DNA from: a virus
Lineage: Duplodnaviria; Caudoviricetes
IMG/VR virus record: IMGVR_UViG_3300015190_000002
Location: 1 to 54,757 of that record
Strand: one strand, 5' to 3'
Length of the DNA stretch: 54,757 nt
Below the pieces are notes generated by a model, which was not told the origin of the DNA, searched no databases, and worked only from the letters and a program-made list of their open reading frames with translations. A program made the translations under genes and the position numbers. Positions 46,544-54,757 of this stretch are shown here, in pieces (the stretch's first letter is position 1; the number at the start of each line of letters is the position of its first letter).

Positions 46544-46598
46544 TTGTGAACCTCCCGGCTCAGATGAACGGCGGGAGGTTACTCCCGCCCCTCGTCAA

Positions 46599-47651
46599 CT
46601 AGATGACCGGCGTCTGATAGGCCGCGTTGTTGAACTCGAGGACCGCGCCACCGACCCGCTGCCAGACTCCCACACCGAAGATGCGGCCGTAGCTACGCGC
46701 CCGGAGCGGAAGCCTCTCATCCTCGTAATCGAGGTTGAGGTCACCCAGGCCTTCGTACTCCGGGACGCGCATCACGAGCGGGGCTTCCTGGCCCTCAATG
46801 TACGCCGCCGCGTAGCTGGCGATTGCCCACGGGCGGATTCGCAACAGCGCAGCACCGTACAGACCAATCTCACGGTTGTAGATGTTGGAGAAATTCAAGC
46901 GTTCGAGCGGCTGGTTGGCGTTGTAGTTGAGCGTCAACCGCGGATCGATGTACGGCTTGAAGTTCGGCAACGCGCGCCACGCGGCCTCGTCTGCCGAGTT
47001 GATGACGATGACCGGCTGGCCCGAGTTGTAGTGCTCCTGCACCGCCAGCACCAGACTGTCGGCGGCGGCGCCCGTCAGGGTCGCACTCGCCAAGTAGTGT
47101 GTGTGCGAGGTGGCGAAGATTTCACCGTTCGGTCCAACCGGGTAAGCCGAGCCGTCGTTGTTGGCAAACGCCTTGACGTTCAACGGCACGTTCGCCGGGA
47201 TGCCGAGCTTGTCCACGAAAGTGAAGTTGGTCGGGAGGTAGATCGCACGTTTGATCTGCCGCAGCAGGTTGATGCGATCCGAGTCCATGATCGAGTTCAC
47301 TTCAGCGGCGAGCTGGGCAACCGTGTTGCTCATCATCCACTGGCGCGTCCACTGGAGCGAGTTGCCGTACCGACGCAGCGGAAAGTCGACCGCGACTGAA
47401 GCGGTGATCTTCTGCGCGTCGGACTGGCCCCACTGATCCATCTCGTCCATCTGCTTGACGTCGCCAGTGCCGTACGCCCGTCGAGTATCGGTTGTGCGCT
47501 CGACAAGACTTCCGAGCAATGAGTTGAACTGGGCGTTGTGAGCGTCCAGCGCAGCCTGAATCGACGTCCACGCGCGGTCTTCGCCAAACGTCACGACTGA
47601 CTGGCGAATAGACCGAAGGGTATCAAGGGTACTAAGAGTTCCGTAGGCCAT
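46599..47651 (-). CDS. Major capsid protein
   Basis: 350 aa after scaffold and decoration genes; HK97-like size and context. Confidence 0.8.
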   Translation of the reverse strand: MAYGTLSTLDTLRSIRQSVVTFGEDRAWTSIQAALDAHNAQFNSLLGSLVERTTDTRRAYGTGDVKQMDEMDQWGQSDAQKITASVAVDFPLRRYGNSLQWTRQWMMSNTVAQLAAEVNSIMDSDRINLLRQIKRAIYLPTNFTFVDKLGIPANVPLNVKAFANNDGSAYPVGPNGEIFATSHTHYLASATLTGAAADSLVLAVQEHYNSGQPVIVINSADEAAWRALPNFKPYIDPRLTLNYNANQPLERLNFSNIYNREIGLYGAALLRIRPWAIASYAAAYIEGQEAPLVMRVPEYEGLGDLNLDYEDERLPLRARSYGRIFGVGVWQRVGGAVLEFNNAAYQTPVI

Positions 47652-47665
47652 CGTTCAGTACCCCT

Positions 47666-48070
47666 TTACCGCAGGATCAACTGCAAGAGTCGGATTCGGG
47701 TGGCGTCGACCGCATGTCCGAGCGGCGTTGTCCCGCCCGTGCTGGCCGCGTCTGCGATACCGCCGACGACCGTGCCAGACAGGAAGTACGACGCCCCTGG
47801 CGTCAGACCCGCGCCGTAACGGAACGAGACGTTGAACAGCAGCGTCACGGCTTCGCCCGAGTTGCATGCCTCAGACGCCCAGCCATGCACGTTCGCGGCG
47901 GTCGTCGCGGCGGCGCCGTTCGATCGGTACACGAGTCCGTCTGACGCGTTGATGCGGCAGGCATCGCCTGCGGCAACAGCCTCGCCAGTCCGCAAACCCG
48001 CAATCTGACTGCTCTGAGGCGGCAGTACCGAAGCGAGGCTCGGCGTTCCTGCTTTCGCTATTTCAGCCAA
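47666..48070 (-). CDS. Capsid decoration/cement protein
   Basis: GEAVAAGDAC.I...G.VY...GEAVT...GLTPG..YFLS..GG pattern; between scaffold and MCP. Confidence 0.7.
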   Translation of the reverse strand: MAEIAKAGTPSLASVLPPQSSQIAGLRTGEAVAAGDACRINASDGLVYRSNGAAATTAANVHGWASEACNSGEAVTLLFNVSFRYGAGLTPGASYFLSGTVVGGIADAASTGGTTPLGHAVDATRIRLLQLILR

Positions 48071-48109
48071 GGTGAGACTCCTGTCTAAGCCTCACCCGAC
48101 TGATCGTCC

Positions 48110-48793
48110 CTACAGAGGGTCGTACAGCCCGGAGGCTTTGAGTTTGTTGACGTTCTCTTTGACGCGGTCCTCGTGTGTCTGCGTCCCGTTCGATCGCGGC
48201 GTACCTGGCACGCCACTCGCGTTTGCCTTGCCAGCGAGATACGGTTTTGCCTTGAGCAGCGACGTTACGAGCTTCTCAGCGTTCGTCACATTGCCGTTAT
48301 CGTCGTGCTCGAACTCTGATGCGTTCAGCAGTCGGTGTACGTCTTCAGGGTCCATCACGCCGACCTTTGCGGCCGCGCGTTCGACAGCCGCACGGTTACG
48401 TGTGTCCTGAAGTTCACGGTCCTTCGCAACTGCTGCGGCCTCGAGTTCAGCGGCTCGAGCTCGCAATCTCTCCGTCTCGGAAAGTTGCTCGTCGTCTGAC
48501 TTCTTTTGCCTGGCTCGCAGTTCGTCGCGTTCTTTCGCTGCTGCACGCTCGCGCTCTCGCGCGGCCTTTTCGTTCGCTCGCAGCTTCTGGATGGTCCGGA
48601 GTGCTCGATCCTTGTCGAAGTCATCACCAGGCTCATCATCGCCGTCTTCGCCGGTATCGCCGGTGTTAGTGTCAGGTGGCGGGTCTTCCGCTCCAGCGAC
48701 TTGTGGAAATGTACATCCGGTGCTGGCCTGCCAGTACGGGAGCCCGCTCAATATGACCTGGCGAACGGTAGCCTGACCGTCCGCACTCGGCAT
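48110..48793 (-). CDS. Capsid scaffold protein
   Basis: Acidic N-terminus, LSETERL coiled coil, KPYL motif; start uncertain. Confidence 0.8.
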   Translation of the reverse strand: MPSADGQATVRQVILSGLPYWQASTGCTFPQVAGAEDPPPDTNTGDTGEDGDDEPGDDFDKDRALRTIQKLRANEKAARERERAAAKERDELRARQKKSDDEQLSETERLRARAAELEAAAVAKDRELQDTRNRAAVERAAAKVGVMDPEDVHRLLNASEFEHDDNGNVTNAEKLVTSLLKAKPYLAGKANASGVPGTPRSNGTQTHEDRVKENVNKLKASGLYDPL

Positions 48794-49027
48794 CTCGCCT
48801 TTGGGTCGAATATACACGATTTGCCCGTCCTTTCCAAATTCCCTAGTTCCGATTATCCCGCACAAGCCGCTTCAACCCGACGGTCATCTTCCACCGCTCT
48901 TTCTGCCATTGCTTTGCGACTGTCAGCGGCACCCCAAGACGGACAAGCTCGCCGGCATTCGCGAACCAGCCGGGCGGCTTGCCCCTGTACTTGCGCGTGT
49001 CCACGAGCGGAATCACCCACCTGAATT

Positions 49028-49639
49028 TCACGCGGCTTGCCGTACCCGTGCCATGCGATAGCTGATGCTGCAATGGCACCTCGTCAAGCACTGCCGCGCG
49101 CCAGGAGCGGAGAGTGTCCCGATCGGCACCCATCCGTAGGCAGTCTGATTCAGGCAATCAACACAATGGTCGGCTACCCCGAGCACGTTGTACTCCTCTT
49201 GCTCACCCCGCGTCCGTGCGTTCCTGGCAACAGCAGCACGATTGGTCTGCCTGCCCGCGTCAGCGTACATGGTGGCTCGGGCTAATGCCTGAACGACGGT
49301 CAGCCGACCAGCGGCCAGGTCGGAAGCGAAGCCACGAAGATAGGCGTACTGTGCCCTGATCTGCGTGCCAGTCCAGCCGTAACTGGACGCGTTCATGCCA
49401 GCCCAACCGCCATTGGCGACAGCGGCGCCCACGAGGTTGACGCTCTTGATACTCCGCATCATCTGCGTTTGCCACTGGGCAACGGTCAACATTCCGTCGA
49501 ACACGTACTGTGTCGTCCGGCGCATCGTTTCTGCCTCAGAGGCCAGCACGGCGTCGAGCGCACGTCTGACAGCCGCGTCGGGCACCAGTGCGCCTGCCTG
49601 ATCGCGGTATCGGCCGGTCGCAGGATCGAAGGTGAACAC
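49028..49639 (-). CDS. Head morphogenesis (Mu gpF/SPP1 gp7-like) protein
   Basis: C-terminal HC.DC...GWVPIG...PG..QC..RC.C motif; after portal. Confidence 0.65.
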   Translation of the reverse strand: MFTFDPATGRYRDQAGALVPDAAVRRALDAVLASEAETMRRTTQYVFDGMLTVAQWQTQMMRSIKSVNLVGAAVANGGWAGMNASSYGWTGTQIRAQYAYLRGFASDLAAGRLTVVQALARATMYADAGRQTNRAAVARNARTRGEQEEYNVLGVADHCVDCLNQTAYGWVPIGTLSAPGARQCLTRCHCSISYRMARVRQAA

Positions 49640-50351
49640 GCTACCCTCGGCCCATACCTTGCGGCTCAATCGAGTGATAGTGAACCCGCCTGAAAAGCGC
49701 AATCCAGTTTTGCCAGGCGATCATCTCGCCTACCCGGTCGTTCATCCACTGACAGCCAGGGCAGGACTGCCAGAACCCGCCGCAATCGACTCTGTGCCGC
49801 GGCATCAGATCGGGTTCAAGTTTCAAGAGTCGAACTCCTGCACCTGAACCGCGTCAAGCAACTGGGCGTACCGCAGCGGTGAGGCGTGCAGCCAGAGCGC
49901 ACGCGCCAGCACTTCGTCGACCGTGTTCACCTCGGCCGCTGCGTCGAGGGCTGCCGCGGTTAGCGGAAGCGGCTTACCGACATTCGGGGCACCCGCCAGC
50001 CCTGGCGCTCGCCATACGCCCACAGTGTCAGGACTCCGAAGGTGACGCCAAGCCCAGAGGCGAGGCCGATGACGACGGACGCGATGAACTCAAGCATTGC
50101 TCTTCCTCCACTCTCAACATAGATTGCAGGTTGCCTGACCAGTGGTACTCCCCGCGTTCCCATGCCAGCTCCAACAGAACGCGGAAGATCGACCTTTTGG
50201 GGTAGACGTCTTCAGTCACCGTGTGACTCGTCTTCAACAGCTTCTGGGTCGACGTCTACCGTGCCAGTTGCAATAGGCTTCACGAACAGAAGCCAGAGCA
50301 AGGCGAGCACCACCAGAATTATCGCGCCGATGATGATGAGCGGGATCGCGA

Positions 50352-51923
50352 TCACTGTCCAGCGACCTTGCCTGTAGTGGTGTCGTCCTGGGTTACGTCC
50401 TCTTGCGCCAGAGCTTGCTCACGCTGGATAGCTTCAAGGCGAGCCACCGTAAACTGCGCTGCACGCTCTGGCGACCAGCCCCACACCTCTTGTACCGCGA
50501 CCTCGAGCGGCATACCCGCGGCAACGTATGACTGGAGCGCCATACCGTCCGCTTGCTGCGCCTGAGCCCGTTCCAGCTCGTCGTTCGGCAGTACGTCGCG
50601 TTCCTCGAAGTCGTGCTCGAAGTCGCCGTTCTCGAACGTGCCCACATCCCAGAGCCCGGCATTCGTGCCCATCGTCAGAGCCATCTGGTTTGCTCGCGCA
50701 AGCGCTGCCTCTCCGTTACCGCGGGCTTCAGTCAATCGTGCGATAGCCGGCGCGAGCATCAGCCTAACGGCGCGGCCTGACAGCGCACCGACCTCGGACA
50801 CGCGATACATCATCAGCTCGGGCAAGTCGCGTTCCAGCTCGAGCATATGATCCTTCAGGATCTCGAGCGCGGCTCCGTAGTCGATGTTCGGCACCAGTGA
50901 TGCCAGCTTTGCCATACCGGGCAGTTTCAGCATCTTGTCGTCGCCGAGCGTGATCGTCCCATCACTGTCTGTCGTGCCGTCTGTATCGTTCAGTCGCGGC
51001 GGTGGGAGAGGCCGGCCGGCGGCGTCGACGCTGTTCGCCTCGAGCGCCCACACGCCGCCCATATTGCGGAACAACATCTGGTTGAGCCGCGTGGCCTGCC
51101 GACACGCCTCGTCGATCTTGTCGAGCGCCGGCACGATGGCGCCCATGCCGCGGTCCTCGCCAATGTCTGCAAACTTGGCATGCACCAGCGGGACGAAGTT
51201 GATGCCCATCGACTCGATAGTGGCCTGGCGCGTCGGTGCGCCGAGCTCGCTAATGTCCGTGATCTGGAAGCTCGAATACATGCTCTGCGACTCCCAGACG
51301 CGATACGTGCCCGATTCCTTCGACCACTCCTCAGTGTGCAGATACGGCTCGGTCTTGCCTTCGCTGTCGCGCCGCAACATCGGAACGTCGAACCGCACGT
51401 AAGTCACGAAGCCGCGTTCGTCCGTGTCGAAGTCGGTTACCTGCTCGGGCTCGATGTTCTGAAAGAATACCCGCTTCCTATCGGCGGTCTGAGACACCTT
51501 GACGAACCAATCCCCGTACAGCGCCAGGTGCCGCGCTGCTACCTGCTTCTCGCCTGCCCAGTTCGACCACTTCCAGACCTGTTCAATCGGCTTGATGATC
51601 TGCTCGTGGTCGGCCACGATCGGAAGCGCAGCAGGCAGTGTGCCCGGCCAGAGATGGCCCGCGTGAAACTCAACGACCCGGTACGCCGGGTTCCGGAGCG
51701 GCTTCAGCGCTTCGCGCCAGATCCCCTGACGGCGCAGCACGTCCTCGATGATGTCGAACATGCCGTTGCTGAAGTAGTACGCCCGCAGAATGCGGTACAT
51801 CTCCGCGGAACGAATCGTGTGTACCCGCCCGATCGGCGGCATACCCTGAGCCGGACGAAGCCCGTAGAGCGGCTGCGGATTGATGTAGCGCGAAACGGCC
51901 GATCCGAGCCAGTTCATTGCCAT
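50352..51923 (-). CDS. Portal protein
   Basis: 523 aa directly after TerL; YGD.FVKV, G.NFVPLVH, LSGRA.R patterns (SPP1-like). Confidence 0.85.
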   Translation of the reverse strand: MAMNWLGSAVSRYINPQPLYGLRPAQGMPPIGRVHTIRSAEMYRILRAYYFSNGMFDIIEDVLRRQGIWREALKPLRNPAYRVVEFHAGHLWPGTLPAALPIVADHEQIIKPIEQVWKWSNWAGEKQVAARHLALYGDWFVKVSQTADRKRVFFQNIEPEQVTDFDTDERGFVTYVRFDVPMLRRDSEGKTEPYLHTEEWSKESGTYRVWESQSMYSSFQITDISELGAPTRQATIESMGINFVPLVHAKFADIGEDRGMGAIVPALDKIDEACRQATRLNQMLFRNMGGVWALEANSVDAAGRPLPPPRLNDTDGTTDSDGTITLGDDKMLKLPGMAKLASLVPNIDYGAALEILKDHMLELERDLPELMMYRVSEVGALSGRAVRLMLAPAIARLTEARGNGEAALARANQMALTMGTNAGLWDVGTFENGDFEHDFEERDVLPNDELERAQAQQADGMALQSYVAAGMPLEVAVQEVWGWSPERAAQFTVARLEAIQREQALAQEDVTQDDTTTGKVAGQ

Positions 51924-51929
51924 GATGGA

Positions 51930-53195
51930 TCAGTTACCTCCGCGGGCATGGAACCCTTCGGCTAGAAGCCGCTCCGTCCACAGGATCAACTGCGCGAACG
52001 CGTCGGCCTGATCCATAAATTCCGACTGAGGCACTGAAAACAGCTCGTCCTCGAAATCGAGGAGCCAGGGCACGGCGGCACTCGGTGCCGGCAACAGCAC
52101 GCACCCGTTGCGGCACCACACCGCTGCCTGCTCGGCGCGGTACTCCTTGGACCCGCTCGGCATGAACGGCACGAGTAGCGGCGCTAGCCAGCCCTGAGAC
52201 GAGGCCATGAGCGTCTGGTACGCGCTCGTACCGCTGGCCTTGTCTTCGATGATGACGCCGCGCAACTTGCCGTCGTTATAGAGACTGGCATCACGTCCGA
52301 TTGTCTCGGGCAGAGCCGGGAACTGAAGCCGATCACGCCAGACGTTCGTGATGTACAGACGGTAGTCGGGCATCAGGTAGCCGGCGACTCGAGCGGTGTA
52401 CGCGCTGTCGTTCTTGTCCTTGAGCGCCGTATCCCACGACAGCCAGTGCCCGATGCTCTTGTGGGGAATGTCAGGGTTGGTCGCGTCGAACCTGTTTTTG
52501 CCGAGCCACCAGTTGCGGTCGTAAATCATCGACGCGTCGTCTACGAACGACGCCTCATACTCCTGTCGGTAGACCCGTTCAGGCAGCTCCAGACGAGCCG
52601 ATTCGAGCTCGACGGGTGCGAGGTACGGGTTCGTGCTCGACGGCATCTGCCACGAGTTGTAGTCGGGAAACTTAGGGCTCTGGCCGCGTTCGTAGAGCGT
52701 GTGGAAGTAGTTGAAGCCCTTGGGCGTGCTCAACCACCAGGCATCTCCCTGATAGTCAGTCAGCGTCGGGCGTACTGCCTGCTCCCACGACTCCTCGAGG
52801 TTGCGCGCCATAGCCGCCTCGTCAAAGATGGCGCGTTTGTACTTGCGGCCGCGGCCGGCTGATGCGTCCTCGAGCGTCCAGCACTCGACTACCCCGCCGG
52901 TGATGAGCTCGATGCGGTGCTCCGTCTCGGACAATCGTCGAGTGAGCGGGCTAAGCGTGCGCTTCAAGTCCCGCCACGCCTCTGAGAGTAGTTTGTAAGT
53001 CGGGTTGAACCACCCAACCGGGTAGCCGCGCAGGGCCGGCTCGACGGCCAGGTCGATAGCCATCGTGGTCTTGCCCCACCGTCTGCCGCAATCTACGACG
53101 TTCCACCGGCGCGACTCATTCCTGATCTTCTGCTGGGCCGAGTGCGGGCGCTGTAAATAGATACGCGCCTTCGTCGGCGGGGTCGCCGTAGACAA
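51930..53195 (-). CDS. terL: Terminase large subunit
   Basis: GRRWGKT, IFDEAA, STPKG, RQEYEASF, WDTA, DQADA. Confidence 0.95.
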   Translation of the reverse strand: MSTATPPTKARIYLQRPHSAQQKIRNESRRWNVVDCGRRWGKTTMAIDLAVEPALRGYPVGWFNPTYKLLSEAWRDLKRTLSPLTRRLSETEHRIELITGGVVECWTLEDASAGRGRKYKRAIFDEAAMARNLEESWEQAVRPTLTDYQGDAWWLSTPKGFNYFHTLYERGQSPKFPDYNSWQMPSSTNPYLAPVELESARLELPERVYRQEYEASFVDDASMIYDRNWWLGKNRFDATNPDIPHKSIGHWLSWDTALKDKNDSAYTARVAGYLMPDYRLYITNVWRDRLQFPALPETIGRDASLYNDGKLRGVIIEDKASGTSAYQTLMASSQGWLAPLLVPFMPSGSKEYRAEQAAVWCRNGCVLLPAPSAAVPWLLDFEDELFSVPQSEFMDQADAFAQLILWTERLLAEGFHARGGN

Positions 53196-53505
53196 CCTCG
53201 ATCACCACCTTCCCGGTCTGCTCAACGCGATCCTTCGGCTTGTACCCTGCCCGATCAAGGATGTCCCTGATTGCGGCGTACCGTACGGAGTCACTATCGG
53301 CCTCGTCGAGCAACCTTCGGAGGGCGGTAAGTGCCGGGTCGACCATCTGCGCCAGCCGTTCCTGCGCCGATCGCTTGACCTGAGGCGCCGCCCCGCCGTG
53401 TTTGTGGCACACATGCCCGCCCAGGATCGGCGCTAGCTGGCACTGCTTCCCGTGATTGCTATGAGCACGGCAGCGGCGCCGGTTCGGATCGTTAGACAGC
53501 GTCAT
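53116..53505 (-). CDS. Terminase small subunit-like protein
   Basis: RC.A...C....G..VC..HGG motif and AIRDILDRAG; overlaps TerL start. Confidence 0.65.
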   Translation of the reverse strand: MTLSNDPNRRRCRAHSNHGKQCQLAPILGGHVCHKHGGAAPQVKRSAQERLAQMVDPALTALRRLLDEADSDSVRYAAIRDILDRAGYKPKDRVEQTGKVVIEVVYGDPADEGAYLFTAPALGPAEDQE

Positions 53506-53667
53506 GTGTCGGCCTGAACCGTTGCAAGAGGTCATGGAACCGCTTGTATTCCTCGGACATGCTCGTCGGCTCGTACGACCTGGCTAGCAGTACGTCGAGC
53601 TGGACGCAGACATCGAGAAACTCTCCGGGCGACGGCATATCCGAAGGGGTGAACGGAGTGTGATCCA

Positions 53668-53973
53668 TCAGGGCACCTGACTTATGAAAATAGCCTTCTT
53701 ACCGCGGCCTGGAGCAGTTCCGACACCTTGAAACGAGTATTGCCACCAACCGCCGACGTCGGGTGTGAACGAAGCCGTGTACACCCCCAGGCTCAGATGA
53801 GTGATAGCCGGCGACGAGGTTGTCTGGTCAGGCTTCCAGATCGTGAGCGCCATACTTGCGTCGTCGACGCGGACGGGATTACCGCTGCCGTCGACAACAG
53901 CGTTGCCCGTCACCGGGTCAATCTGAGTAACCAACACGGCAACGCTAATAGATTGACCGACGATGTAACTCAC
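53668..53973 (-). CDS. Ig-like (BppU-like) small virion protein
   Basis: KPD...G.YTASFTPD..G.W.Y.F.G.G pattern; coupled to the repeat protein. Confidence 0.55.
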   Translation of the reverse strand: MSYIVGQSISVAVLVTQIDPVTGNAVVDGSGNPVRVDDASMALTIWKPDQTTSSPAITHLSLGVYTASFTPDVGGWWQYSFQGVGTAPGRGKKAIFISQVP

Positions 53974-54757
53974 GCGGCACTATCCACCAGGCTGTAACTG
54001 AATCGAGGCGCGTCGGCAAGAGTGTACGTGTATTGTGGAAAATCCGAGACGGTGTACCTCGACGGCGGCCCGACTAGTCCACCCGCTATAAGCCTGAAAC
54101 GAGTGGCGGTGTCCCGGAATACAGGCGGTGACGCCACCTTGAAGCGGACGGCCGCATCTCGGTAAACCGCGAGCGACAACCGCAAACGAGTGGTTGTGTC
54201 GCGCCATGTCGCGGCACTGGCTAGCCGGTAGCGGGCGGCCGTGTCTCTGAATCCCGACGTACGCAGCCGCAGACGCACAGGACTGTCCCTGAACGACTGA
54301 GCCTGCACGCGAACCCGCGAGGCCGTGTCTCGCCAGAGCGCAGTCGACTGGAGCCTGAGACGTGTCGCGGTATCTCGAAACGTGGCCGGTGAGGCGAGAC
54401 GAATGCGTGCAGCCGTGTCCCGCCACGATTGCGCCTGAATCCTGAGTCTGGTCGAGGTGTCTCGCCACTGAGCGGTGCTCTGGACCCTGAAGCGAGTCGC
54501 GGTATCCCTGAATGCCGACGCACGCAGGCGAATCCGGGCCGCGGTATCCCGATAGCTTGGCGGCGTGCCCAGGTAGAGCCTGACCGCCGTGTCGCGGAAC
54601 CCTTGCGCCTTGAGCCTGACGCGGCTAGAGGTGTCCCTGAGTTGGATTGCCGACTGCAACCGGAAACGGCCAGCGGTATCCCGCCAGACGGTCGCGCTCC
54701 GCAATGCAATCCGAGTTGCGGTATCGCGGACATTCGTCACTTGAAGACGGAAGCGGA
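53970..54757 (-). CDS. C-terminal part of the Arg-rich repeat protein (continues from 1..1763)
   Basis: 15 more RDT..R.RL repeats; frame open to the window end; unique C-terminal tail. Confidence 0.85.
   Translation of the reverse strand, partial: RFRLQVTNVRDTATRIALRSATVWRDTAGRFRLQSAIQLRDTSSRVRLKAQGFRDTAVRLYLGTPPSYRDTAARIRLRASAFRDTATRFRVQSTAQWRDTSTRLRIQAQSWRDTAARIRLASPATFRDTATRLRLQSTALWRDTASRVRVQAQSFRDSPVRLRLRTSGFRDTAARYRLASAATWRDTTTRLRLSLAVYRDAAVRFKVASPPVFRDTATRFRLIAGGLVGPPSRYTVSDFPQYTYTLADAPRFSYSLVDSAA

Overview
The window looks like an essentially complete, circularly permuted ~54.8-kb GC-rich temperate siphovirus-like phage genome with no obvious host DNA. Both ends fall inside one repeat-protein gene and share a 6-nt overlap. 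Most genes are on the minus strand. Modules: (i) a fibre/carbohydrate-binding block running across the contig ends into the terminase genes; (ii) terminase, portal, head, tail, tape measure, tail fibres and a GH25 lysis cassette; (iii) an early/replication block (Cro-like, Rpf/SLT-like transglycosylase, MTase, RusA-like, primase-helicase with an iteron origin, PD-(D/E)XK nuclease); (iv) a plus-strand CI-like repressor, a tyrosine recombinase preceded by a Gram-positive/Chloroflexota-type LexA box, and an orphan ParB. The most striking feature is a compact conjugation-type (T4SS) operon inside the phage at 20.9-27.8 kb. It encodes a VirB6/TrbL-like protein, a pilin-like protein, a PrgI-VirB4 fusion, a C39-like peptidase and a VirD4-like coupling ATPase fused to a C-terminal HNH-type nuclease domain, with no recognisable relaxase. 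A monoderm host (Chloroflexota or Actinomycetota) is inferred, not shown. All assignments come from motif recognition by eye; no database searches were run.
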